NCBI GenBank assembly: GCA_038231135.1
Contig: JBBRLX010000015.1
Location: 23,982-87,981 of the forward strand
DNA length: 64,000 nt
Direction: 5' to 3'
Origin: Candidatus Eiseniibacteriota bacterium
GTDB lineage: Bacteria; Eisenbacteria; RBG-16-71-46
The notes under the pieces are model-generated. The model was not told the DNA's origin and made no database searches. It saw only the letters and a list, made by a program, of their open reading frames with translations. The position numbers and the translations under genes were made by a program. Positions 48,880 through 60,484 of this stretch are shown piece by piece. Each line of letters begins with the position of its first letter. The first letter of the stretch is position 1.

Positions 48880-50328
48880 TCAGCGGTGCTGGCGACCTCC
48901 GCCGCCAGCGTCATCGGAGTTCTGCGCCGGCCGGTCGGACATGCGCGGCGGATCCGGCCGCGGCGGACGATCGCCACGATCCACGGGCGGCGGCGGTGGT
49001 GGTGGCGGCGGCGCCTGGCGTTCGGGCTCGCGCGCCGGCCTGCGGTCGGGCGGCGGCGAGCCGGCATCCGGATTCCGCGCCGGACCATAGCGGCCGCGGT
49101 CGATGCCCTGCCGGCCCTGGCCGGGATCGGGCGTCGGACGGACGCCGCGGTCCCGCCGTCCCTCGTAGCCCGGCCGCGGATTCATCGGACGCTCGATGCC
49201 GCGCCGCGGTGCGCTGTCGTCGCGAGAACCCGGGCGCGACACGGGATCGCGTCCCTGGATGCGCTCGCGCCGGATCTGCCCGCCCAGCCCGCTCGTGCCC
49301 CGCCCGTCACCGATCGGGCGCCCCAGCGGCACGCCGCGACGCTCGATGCGGTCACGCGGCGTCGTGCCGAGGAAGCCGGGCGGCAGTTCTCGAGACATCG
49401 GCAGGCGGAAGTTGCGGTCGTATTTGCCGGGAGGCTGGTAGCCCGGAGGCGGCGGCGACTTGAAGCGCCGCAGGCTGCCCCCCCACATCGACTGCCAGCG
49501 CGACCAGCCGTCCCACGACGACCAGTTGCGGCGGCCGGCGCCGCGATAGCGCGACGGCGCATCGTCGCGGCACACGTACACGAAATACGGCACGTTGCCG
49601 AACCAGCTCGTGGGTCCCCAGTACCAGCGGTAGTTCACGCGGAAATCGAACACGCTGCAGTGCGTGTAATAGGGGTCGAAGCCGTCCCACCACTGCCACT
49701 GGCCCGGGCGATGGCAGTCGTTGCACAGATAGCGCGGGTACCGGACCTCGTGGCCCACGTAGTAATCGGCGTACGAGCTGCCGAACGAACGGCCGTCCTC
49801 GGGGTCGCTCAGCACCCGGCGGCGAATGCGCTCCATCGCGACGAACGGGTCGCCGACGATGCGGCCTTCCGAGGTCACGCCGTCCTCGTCGTTCGCCGGC
49901 TGGTTGTCGTATCCCAGCTCCTCAGCCTGCGGATCGGCGGCGCGCAGGTACCACGGGAGCGCTTCGAACGGGTCGAGCGATGACAGTGCCACGATATAGC
50001 CCTGTCCGACCGGCCCTTCGACGGTGAGCGCCGCATCCTCGCGGTCGCGCCCGATGTCGTAGGTCTTGCGGGCCTCGAGGGCGCCGTCCGACCGATCGTA
50101 GGGAAACAGCACGTGAACGTAGCCATCCGCGTCGATCTCGTAGACGAGCACATAGGCATCGTCCGAGGGACGCACCTTCACCTGAATCTCTTCGCCGACC
50201 TGGTACACGCCCCCGGCGCCGCGGTTGGTCCAGACATCGACGGACAGCCCGCGCACCGCGGCCCTCACCGGCAGCGGACTGAGGGCGGCGAGCGCGCACG
50301 CACAGCAGAATAGTATCGATCGCTTCAT
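48880..50328 (-). CDS. Exported DUF4384-domain protein with CxxCH motif and Arg/Pro-rich tail
   Basis: Signal peptide; VWTNRG..VYQVGEEI..DAYVLVYEIDADG.VHVLFP; YLCNDCH; low-complexity C-terminus. Confidence 0.85.
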   Translation of the reverse strand: MKRSILFCCACALAALSPLPVRAAVRGLSVDVWTNRGAGGVYQVGEEIQVKVRPSDDAYVLVYEIDADGYVHVLFPYDRSDGALEARKTYDIGRDREDAALTVEGPVGQGYIVALSSLDPFEALPWYLRAADPQAEELGYDNQPANDEDGVTSEGRIVGDPFVAMERIRRRVLSDPEDGRSFGSSYADYYVGHEVRYPRYLCNDCHRPGQWQWWDGFDPYYTHCSVFDFRVNYRWYWGPTSWFGNVPYFVYVCRDDAPSRYRGAGRRNWSSWDGWSRWQSMWGGSLRRFKSPPPPGYQPPGKYDRNFRLPMSRELPPGFLGTTPRDRIERRGVPLGRPIGDGRGTSGLGGQIRRERIQGRDPVSRPGSRDDSAPRRGIERPMNPRPGYEGRRDRGVRPTPDPGQGRQGIDRGRYGPARNPDAGSPPPDRRPAREPERQAPPPPPPPPPVDRGDRPPRPDPPRMSDRPAQNSDDAGGGGRQHR

Positions 50329-50825
50329 GATGATCCGTTCCTTCGCGGCCGGTGGTCGCGTGTCGGGTCCGGGCGTGGATCCGCTTCGCGACGCTCCCGT
50401 TCTGTTTTACCCCTGTCCAGCAGCTTTTGCTCCGGATCCGGGGGCGGCAGGCGCCCCGGGGAGCGTGAATCCAGCCAGACCTGATAGTCCCGGGGCTCGC
50501 GATACCGTCGCGTCACCCGGTAGTCAGTGGCATACCGCCAGCGTCCGAGTCTGCGGTCCCGCCTCTTGAGCGCGACGTAGCGCTCACGATAGACGCGGGT
50601 CAGCTCCGGCGACCGGTCCCAGTGGATCACGAACCCGTAATTGGGGCACCAGTCGTAATACGGGTCGAAATAGCGATATCCGTGGCAATCATAGCAGTAG
50701 TAGCCCGCAACCGGCCGTCCGCCGGCCCACAGCCGCGGCTCCGGCCTCACCGACTGCGAGGCGTAGACGCACCCGCTCGCGAGCAGGAGCGTGGCCAACC
50801 AGCCGATTCGGTGCGCGCCGGCCAT
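50325..50825 (-). CDS. Putative lipoprotein with CxxCH motif
   Basis: Lipobox LASGC; YYCYDCH..YFDPYYDWC; ATGA overlap with the next gene. Confidence 0.75.
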   Translation of the reverse strand: MAGAHRIGWLATLLLASGCVYASQSVRPEPRLWAGGRPVAGYYCYDCHGYRYFDPYYDWCPNYGFVIHWDRSPELTRVYRERYVALKRRDRRLGRWRYATDYRVTRRYREPRDYQVWLDSRSPGRLPPPDPEQKLLDRGKTERERREADPRPDPTRDHRPRRNGSS

Positions 50826-50831
50826 GGGTCG

Positions 50832-51656
50832 TCAGCGTGCCGCGAACGCCACGGCCCGCCTCGCTCTCGCCGCCCCGGTTCCGACGGGGTGGGACCGCAA
50901 CTCGCGGTTGCCGGGATCGACCTGGTAGGCCCAGTCCATGACGACCCGGCCCGAACCGATCGCGGATACCCGGAACTTGGCGTAGTGAACGTCGTGGGTC
51001 TCGACGACGTAGCAATGACCCACCACCAGTTCGACGGCGCCGCTCGGCGCCCAGCCCGTCGTGGGCGCGAAGTCGATGGCATCGAGCGTGGCGGCCTGGC
51101 CGGCATCCTGGATCTCGGTGTCGACGAACGGCGCCACCATGTGGTCGACCCCGCTGGCGCGGACGTAGTAGACGTCCACCGCCGCATTGTCGAACGCCAG
51201 CACGGAATGGCTCGCGAAGTTCCAGCCGCCGGTGGCGGGGGTCACCGCCGCGTCCGTCAGTGTCTGATCGAAGCCCTCGGGACGCGGCGTGTCGAACACC
51301 GTCTCGCTCGACAGCGCGCTCTCGTTGCCGTGCTGGTCCACCGCCGCCACGGCGAAGTACCGGGTCTGTCCGTTCGCGAGGCCTTCGACCGTAAAACTCG
51401 TACCGGTCGTGGAGGCGATCCGGTCGTACGGGCAGGACTGGCCACCGGCGCACGGCGCCTCGTAGATCCGGTAGGCGGCGAAGTCCGATTCCGTATTGGC
51501 GAGCCAGTGCAGATAGACCCGCGTGTCGCCGGTGACGGTGAAGAAACCCCGCGGAGCGGCGGGGGGTACGAGATCCTTCGGAGCCGAAGTGTCCCTGCAA
51601 CCCGCAATCGCCGTGGCCATCACGAGCACGCCGATGAATCTCCCGAACCCGTTCAT
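50832..51656 (-). CDS. Lipoprotein with fibronectin type III domain
   Basis: Lipobox IAGC; PPAAPRG..W..N.ESD...YRIY, GLANGQT.YFAVAAVD..GNESALS. Confidence 0.85.
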   Translation of the reverse strand: MNGFGRFIGVLVMATAIAGCRDTSAPKDLVPPAAPRGFFTVTGDTRVYLHWLANTESDFAAYRIYEAPCAGGQSCPYDRIASTTGTSFTVEGLANGQTRYFAVAAVDQHGNESALSSETVFDTPRPEGFDQTLTDAAVTPATGGWNFASHSVLAFDNAAVDVYYVRASGVDHMVAPFVDTEIQDAGQAATLDAIDFAPTTGWAPSGAVELVVGHCYVVETHDVHYAKFRVSAIGSGRVVMDWAYQVDPGNRELRSHPVGTGAARARRAVAFAAR

Positions 51657-51715
51657 GCGCGATCTCCCCTGGACCTGTCGCGCGCGGAAGTGCGCGCCGT
51701 TGCGCCGGGCCTAGC

Positions 51716-51730
51716 GCAACGCCCGTGCCA
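51716..51730 (-). promoter_or_regulatory. Sigma54 promoter of the lipoprotein operon
   Basis: TGGCACG-GGCG-TTGC, full consensus, ~60 bp before ATG. Confidence 0.85.
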
Positions 51731-51878
51731 CGGAATCCACGTTACCGCCATTCGGGGAAACCACGTAACGCGTTACGTCCCAACAGGGCGACACGAGGGC
51801 ACGGGTCTTTGGGACGGATCCTGCGTGCGGCGCGGTCTCAGGTGTGCATGGCGCGCAACACTGGGCACCTGGACGCAC

Positions 51879-51916
51879 AAACGAAAGCCCCGATCGGAAG
51901 CGAGTCCGATCGGGGC
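51879..51916 (-). terminator. Intrinsic terminator of the candidate ncRNA
   Basis: GCCCCGATCGGA-CTCGCT-TCCGATCGGGGC-TTTCGTTT. Confidence 0.85.
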
Positions 51917-52261
51917 GGTATTGCGAGGACACCAGCCTGAACAGCGGGCACCACCAGCCGAGACATCCCCCAATGCTGGCCAATGATGCTTTGGACCGGT
52001 GTCCTTTCTAAGACCGGAGCACTCTGCGCCACGTTCCGGCGGAATCGGGAGTCCATTGTTACCGTGCAGACCCACCGGCGGTCGTCCGGAGTGCTCCGGG
52101 GTGTTATCCAAGACGTTGGTGTTACTCCAAGCTAGCCGGCCGCCGAGGTCGGTACACTGTCCAGAAGACGGGGCTCGTAACCCTCGACCGATGCCCTGGC
52201 GAACCAGCTAGCTCAGAACCTGCATTTGTTTCTGCTTCTCTGGAGGTCCCCCCCCTCCGCC
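51879..52261 (-). ncRNA. Candidate sigma54-dependent structured ncRNA (~380 nt, three domains)
   Basis: Bounded by a sigma54 promoter and a terminator; three consecutive domains closed by 11-12+ bp stems; many G-U pairs that work only on the - strand; no ORF with genome-like codon usage. Confidence 0.7.
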
Positions 52262-52270
52262 AGACCTACA

Positions 52271-52288
52271 TAGCACCCCTCGTGCCGA
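52271..52288 (-). promoter_or_regulatory. Sigma54 promoter of the candidate ncRNA
   Basis: TCGGCACG-AGGG-GTGCTA, GG-N10-GC. Confidence 0.7.
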
Positions 52289-52398
52289 ATGCATGGCCAT
52301 TTCGTAACAATGTCATAGTCTCTTATCCCATAACGACATGCGGCATTGGTTGACGCCGGTTTCGGAGTCTCGCCGCGCCACCGGAATCGGTCCTTCCA

Positions 52399-52492
52399 GC
52401 AAGAGATCTTCGTGGTTTGGATACCCTCCGGCTAAGTGCAAGTCCCGAGGCCACTTGATCATTAAGTTTCTTGCTACCTCACCCGCAAGAAA
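52399..52492. promoter_or_regulatory. Candidate enhancer (UAS) palindromes
   Basis: AAGAGATCTT, CAAGT-N9-ACTTG and TTTCTTGC-N10-GCAAGAAA, ~110-200 bp upstream of the -24 box. Confidence 0.5.
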
Positions 52493-52536
52493 ATGATATG
52501 CGACCCGCGCCGGTCGTCCGATCCGCCGCAGTGAGC

Positions 52537-52564
52537 AAAAAAAATCCCGCGCACGTGCGCGGGA
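52537..52564 (-). terminator. Intrinsic terminator of the TPR-bEBP gene
   Basis: TCCCGCGCACGTGCGCGGGA followed by T8. Confidence 0.9.
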
Positions 52565-52580
52565 CGGGTGCGGCAGCGTC

Positions 52581-55679
<3,099 letters not shown>

Positions 55680-55753
55680 GTTGGATCAAACACAGCCCAC
55701 CCGGCCGGTTCGTTCCGGGTCGACGTAAGCGAGATGTAGGAGCAGTCTGACCG

Positions 55754-56044
55754 CTACCAGCCCGCTCCCAGCAATGGCAGTCGAGAAACCCTCAGATACA
55801 GCAGGTAGCCGTTCGGCAGTCGCACGATGATGCCGCCGCCACCGTCGTTCCGAATCAGGTTTCCACTTCTCCCGGCGTCACCGCTGTCCGGCTCTCCGCT
55901 GTTGGGACCGACGATGGGTCTCACCAGCCGCGCGGACGTGACGTCGCGCAAACCACGCGCTTCCGCCCGCCCGTGCACGGTGGCGATCATCGCCACAGCG
56001 AACAGGACGACTGTGATCAGGAGCCTGTTGCGAACTTTGAGCAT
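55754..56044 (-). CDS. Small secreted protein / candidate signalling-peptide precursor, 96 aa
   Basis: GAGGGGAG RBS; Sec signal ending RAEA; polar core PNSGEPDSGDAG; aromatic/hydrophobic tail. Confidence 0.7.
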   Translation of the reverse strand: MLKVRNRLLITVVLFAVAMIATVHGRAEARGLRDVTSARLVRPIVGPNSGEPDSGDAGRSGNLIRNDGGGGIIVRLPNGYLLYLRVSRLPLLGAGW

Positions 56045-56192
56045 TGCGATGCCGCTCCCCTCTTAACTACGGCGAACTGGAAAGAGATTTTCCTTCCGCT
56101 CCGGCGGAGGGCGCCGAAATGGACTGTGGACCTGGAGGGACCTCAAACTCTTTGATTCGCCACGGCCAGTATCCGCCTGCATTTGCGGACGG

Positions 56193-57164
56193 TCAACTGG
56201 AAGTTGGCGGGCTGCCGCGGTCGATTTCGGCGGCATCCTCGGCGGCGGCCAGCCGGGCCAGGCCGTACCGCAGACCCTGGGTGGAGCAGACCAGGTCTTC
56301 GGACGGAAACCGCTCGATCAACGACCGGACCACCAGCGCCCCGGCGATCACGATGTCGGCGCGGCCCTCACCCATCGAGGGCCAGCGGCGCCGCTCGTCC
56401 TCGGAACTCTTGGCCAGTCGATCGACGAGTTGCAGCAGCCGATCGGCCGGGATCCGCCAGCCCTCGAGCATGGTCGGCTCGTAAGAGGACAGGCGGCGAT
56501 CCGTCATGGCCATCACGGTGACCGTCCCGCCGACCCCCGCGAGCAGCGGTGTCGCGCTCGGCATAGATGCACAATGCTGCATGAGTTCGTCATGCACAAG
56601 CGTGCATAATTCAGCGATCTCCGCTTCCGTCGGGGGATTCGTGCGCAGAAACCGCTCGGTGAGGCTCACCGCTCCGAACTTGAGGCTGACCCACCGGCCG
56701 GGCTGTTCTCCCAGGCCACTCACGACCTCGGTGCTGCCGCCGCCGATGTCGAACACGACACATGGACTGCGGTGAGTCGAAGCGCCGAGCCCCTGGATCA
56801 CTGCCCGGTACACGGTACGCGCCTCTTCGTCGCCGGTCAGGATGCGCACCGGAATCTGGGCCTGTGCGGCGATCTGTTCCGCCACCTGCTCCCCGTTCCT
56901 GGCGTTGCGCAACGCCGCCGTCGCGGCTGCCAGAACACGGACCGCACCCAGGGTTCGGGCCCGGCGGGCGAACTCGGCGGTCAGGTTGGCAGCCCGATCC
57001 GCCATCGCCGGATCGATGAGTCCGGTACTGCCGAGGTTCCTCCCCAGACGGCAGGACTCTCCGGCCCGGGCGATCGTGGACAATGGATGACCGGGACCGG
57101 CAGCCACATCGGCCACCAGCAGGCGGATCGAATTCGACCCGATGTCGATTGCACCGACACGCAT
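56193..57164 (-). CDS. ppx: Ppx/GppA family phosphatase (short form)
   Basis: AIDIGSNSIRL, ATAALRNA.N, GDEEA, DIGGGSTE, GVGGT, GRADIV, GLRYG. Confidence 0.93.
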   Translation of the reverse strand: MRVGAIDIGSNSIRLLVADVAAGPGHPLSTIARAGESCRLGRNLGSTGLIDPAMADRAANLTAEFARRARTLGAVRVLAAATAALRNARNGEQVAEQIAAQAQIPVRILTGDEEARTVYRAVIQGLGASTHRSPCVVFDIGGGSTEVVSGLGEQPGRWVSLKFGAVSLTERFLRTNPPTEAEIAELCTLVHDELMQHCASMPSATPLLAGVGGTVTVMAMTDRRLSSYEPTMLEGWRIPADRLLQLVDRLAKSSEDERRRWPSMGEGRADIVIAGALVVRSLIERFPSEDLVCSTQGLRYGLARLAAAEDAAEIDRGSPPTSS

Positions 57165-57169
57165 GCGAT

Positions 57170-57652
57170 CTATAGGAGGAAGTCCTCCATGTCCGAACCT
57201 CGTGAGGGGGGAGTTGGCAGCGCCGTCGACGGGACCTGCTCTGCCGCCTCCGGTTCCGCGCTCGGCGCGCGGGACCGAACCGGCCTCGCGACGGAGGCCG
57301 TGGTCGTGGACCGGGCGCGCATCGGCACGCTGTCGGGTCCGACGGTGGCATCGGGGTTTCTGCTCGTCGCCTCCCCGGCGGGGTCCGGCAGCGCCCAGGC
57401 CAGCAGTTGAGCCACGCGCGGGTCCTCAGATGGCCGGAAGATCACCCGTTTTCCGACTCGCCGGCTGAACGCGAGCCCCTCCCGCTCGAGCACCTGGAGG
57501 TGGCGGGTGGTGCACGACTGGGACAACCGGATCAAACGGGCCAGTTCGGTCACGCTGCGCGCCCCACGCACCAGCTCCGACATCACCTGGAATCGGGATG
57601 CGTCGCCAAGGCACGCGAGCATGCGGCGGCTGGAATGGCTCGAGAGTTCCAT
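57170..57652 (-). CDS. ArsR/SmtB-type winged-helix regulator with disordered tail
   Basis: LGDASRFQVM..L...RSVTELA....SQSCTTRHLQVL...GL...RRVGKR; start uncertain. Confidence 0.75.
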   Translation of the reverse strand: MELSSHSSRRMLACLGDASRFQVMSELVRGARSVTELARLIRLSQSCTTRHLQVLEREGLAFSRRVGKRVIFRPSEDPRVAQLLAWALPDPAGEATSRNPDATVGPDSVPMRARSTTTASVARPVRSRAPSAEPEAAEQVPSTALPTPPSRGSDMEDFLL

Positions 57653-57780
57653 TGCACCGACATGCATACCACCTGAAGCGATTGACTGCAATCGAGCCGC
57701 TTGTTAGCGTCCTTGAACCCGAGGCTCGAATGAATCGGGCCAACGACTTACTCGGCATCCACCGGCCGCCCCTGGAACCC

Positions 57781-58836
57781 ATGATCGAACTCCAGCGATC
57801 CACCGAGAGCCTGTTCGGTCTCTCCCATGACTCGCTCGCACGCCATCTGGCGGCGGCGGGGGAACCGGCGTATCGCGCCGACCAGATGTTCGCGTGGGTC
57901 TATCGCCGGCATGAACGCGATCCGTCACGAATGACCAATCTGCCCGCGGCGCTGCGGGCGCGACTGCCGGAGCTCGTGAGCTTCGATCTCGCCCACGATC
58001 TGACCGTGTGCTCCACGCGCGACGGGCTGACGCAGAAGTTCGTGCTCGAGCTGCAGGACGGCGCGCGCGTCGAATGCGTTTCGATGCGCACCGAACGCCG
58101 GCTGACGTTCTGCCTGTCGAGCCAGGTCGGATGTGCCCTCAAATGTTCGTTCTGTGCGACCGGCCTGATGGGTCTCAAGCGCAACCTGACCCCGGCCGAG
58201 ATCGTGACCCAGGTGGTCGCGATGGGCGAATACCATCACTGGCGGGACGATCGCTTCAATCTGGTGTTCATGGGCATGGGCGAGCCGCTCGCGAACTACG
58301 ACTCGGTGCTGCGGGCGATCCGCATCCTGCACGAGCCGCGCGGGCTCAACCTGGGCGCGCGCCGTATCACGGTTTCGACCAGCGGCCTCGTGCCGCAGAT
58401 CGAACGGCTCGGCGAGGAGGATCTGGCGCTCGGCCTCGCCGTCTCCCTGCACGCCACCACCGACGAACTGCGCGATCAACTCGTGCCCGTCAACCGGCGC
58501 TGGCCGATCCGCCAGTTGCTCGATGCGGCGGCGCACTACGGCCGGCAGGTCGGCCGCCGCGTCACGCTAGAATACACGCTGCTCGGCGGTGTCAACGACT
58601 CCCGCGCCGACGCCGACCGGCTGAGCGCGTTCGCGCGCGCGCTCCCGAGCAAGATCAACATCATTCCGTACAACCCGGTGCCGGGGCTCCCATGGCAGCG
58701 ACCGAGCCCGGAATCGGTGCAGCAGTTCGCGGAATGGCTCTATCCGCGGTCTCCCGCGGTGACGGTGCGCCATACGCTGGGCGGCGAGATCTGGGCGGCG
58801 TGCGGCCAGCTCGGCGGACTGAGCCCCGCGGCCTGA
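57781..58836 (+). CDS. rlmN: 23S rRNA/tRNA m2A methyltransferase RlmN
   Basis: SSQVGCALKCSFCATG, VFMGMGEP, TVSTSG, SLHA, AACGQL; start uncertain. Confidence 0.95.
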   Translation: MIELQRSTESLFGLSHDSLARHLAAAGEPAYRADQMFAWVYRRHERDPSRMTNLPAALRARLPELVSFDLAHDLTVCSTRDGLTQKFVLELQDGARVECVSMRTERRLTFCLSSQVGCALKCSFCATGLMGLKRNLTPAEIVTQVVAMGEYHHWRDDRFNLVFMGMGEPLANYDSVLRAIRILHEPRGLNLGARRITVSTSGLVPQIERLGEEDLALGLAVSLHATTDELRDQLVPVNRRWPIRQLLDAAAHYGRQVGRRVTLEYTLLGGVNDSRADADRLSAFARALPSKINIIPYNPVPGLPWQRPSPESVQQFAEWLYPRSPAVTVRHTLGGEIWAACGQLGGLSPAA

Positions 58837-58924
58837 TCCATCCCATGCCGCCCGAGCGTCCGCGGCGCGTGGTGCCTTCCGGCGGCCGCCCGCGCCACGC
58901 CCGCGGGCCGGGTTCGTTCGCGGC

Positions 58925-60484
58925 GTGACGCTCCGCAACCGGCTGCTGCTCGCGCTGCTGGCGCTCGCGCTGCTCCCCACCGTGGTGTTCACCGTGTTCA
59001 CGCTCGACCAGCTCGATCGCTCGATCGACCGCTGGTACCGGCCGGGCGTGGCCCGCGCGCTCGAGGCCGGGCTCGACATCGGCAAGAGCTCGCTCGCCCG
59101 CATCGAGGGCATCCTGTCGGCGCAGGGCGACGAGTGGTCGGGCCGCTGGACGGGCGCGCTCACCCAGGCCCAGCGGGACCAGTGGTCCACGGAATTGCGC
59201 AACAACGGGATCGATTTCGTGCAGGTGTATCACCGCGCCCCGGATCGCACCTGGCGGCGGGTCGAACAGGTGGTGCCGAAGGGGCTGCTGGCGGTGACGC
59301 CGCTCGATCTGTCGGCCGGCATCGACTCGTCGCTCGCGAACAACCAGCCCCTCCGATCCCCATTGGGCGCGCTCGCGGATGTCGACACGGCCGCGAACGG
59401 CGACGCGGTCCTCGCCGGCATCATCGTCCACCCCGAGTTCTTCGGGGAGATCGAGAGCCTGGGCCAGGGCGCCGTGCACTACGAGCAGCTCGGCGTGTAC
59501 GTGGACCTGCAGCGGCGGGTCTACGGGCTGCTGGTGGCGCTCGTCGTGATCGCGCTCGTGACCGTGGCGTGGTTCCTGTCGCAGGCGATCGCCCGCCAGA
59601 CCGCGCGCCCGATCTCGGCGCTGTCGGAGGCACTCGAGCAGCTCGCGTCCGGCGACCTCACGACGCGCGTCGCGCCCGCCGGGGCGGCGGAGCTGCGCTC
59701 GCTGGGCAGCTCGTTCAACGCGATGGCGGAACGGCTCGCCGATGCCCGCGACGCCGAGCAGCGCGCCGAACGCGAGGCGGCGTGGCGCGACGTCGCGCGC
59801 AAGCTGGCGCACGAGTTCAAGAACATCCTCACCCCGATGCAGCTGTCGCTGCAGCTGATCGAGGCCCAGATCGAGACGGTGCCGGAGACGGGGCGCGATG
59901 CGTTCCGGCGCGGGCTCGCGAGCGCGCTGCGTGAAGTCGATCACCTGAACCGGCTGGCGGGGCAGTTTTCGCAGTACGCGCGGCTGCCGGAGCCGCGCTT
60001 CGAGCCCGTCGAGCTCGGCGAGCTCGTGCGCGCCGTCGTCGAGGATCTCGGGATGGCCGGCGTGCACGTGCACGCGGAGCGGCCGGTGGGCGTGCAGGGC
60101 GACCGGCTGCTGCTCACGCGCGCGATCCACAACCTGCTGCTCAACGCCCGCGAAGCCAGCCCGCCGGGCACGCCGGTCGACATCGCGGTCACGGAACGCG
60201 AGAATCGCGGCGTCATCGAAGTGCTCGACCGCGGCACCGGGCTGCCGGCCGACTTGCAGCCGAGGCTGTTCGAGCCTTATGTGAGCACCAAGCGGCGCGG
60301 CAGCGGTCTCGGCCTGTCGCTGGTGCGCGACATCGTCCAGCAGCACGACGGGGCGGTGGCGCTCGAGAACCGCGACGGCGGCGGCGCCCGCGCGATCGTG
60401 ATCCTGCCGCGTGCGCCGGTGCGGCTCCCGGATCGCGACCCGGTCGCCGCGCCGGACGAACGGGAAGAAAGGACTTCGGGATGA
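58925..60484 (+). CDS. NtrY-like sensor histidine kinase (2 TM, HAMP)
   Basis: AAWRDVARKLAHEFKNILTPMQL, NLLLNA, DRGTG, FEPYVSTK..GSGLGL. Confidence 0.93.
   Translation: MTLRNRLLLALLALALLPTVVFTVFTLDQLDRSIDRWYRPGVARALEAGLDIGKSSLARIEGILSAQGDEWSGRWTGALTQAQRDQWSTELRNNGIDFVQVYHRAPDRTWRRVEQVVPKGLLAVTPLDLSAGIDSSLANNQPLRSPLGALADVDTAANGDAVLAGIIVHPEFFGEIESLGQGAVHYEQLGVYVDLQRRVYGLLVALVVIALVTVAWFLSQAIARQTARPISALSEALEQLASGDLTTRVAPAGAAELRSLGSSFNAMAERLADARDAEQRAEREAAWRDVARKLAHEFKNILTPMQLSLQLIEAQIETVPETGRDAFRRGLASALREVDHLNRLAGQFSQYARLPEPRFEPVELGELVRAVVEDLGMAGVHVHAERPVGVQGDRLLLTRAIHNLLLNAREASPPGTPVDIAVTERENRGVIEVLDRGTGLPADLQPRLFEPYVSTKRRGSGLGLSLVRDIVQQHDGAVALENRDGGGARAIVILPRAPVRLPDRDPVAAPDEREERTSG

Noticed and set aside
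51711..52211. Short ORFs (63-112 aa) in the activator-lipoprotein intergenic region
   Set aside because: No RBS or genome-like codon usage, and several cross the terminator; RNA structure explains the region better. The only ATG near the 5' end gives MQVLS-stop.
51926..52214. tRNA array reading of the three 80-86-nt domains
   Set aside because: No cloverleaf, TTC T-loop or CCA ends; closing stems too long.
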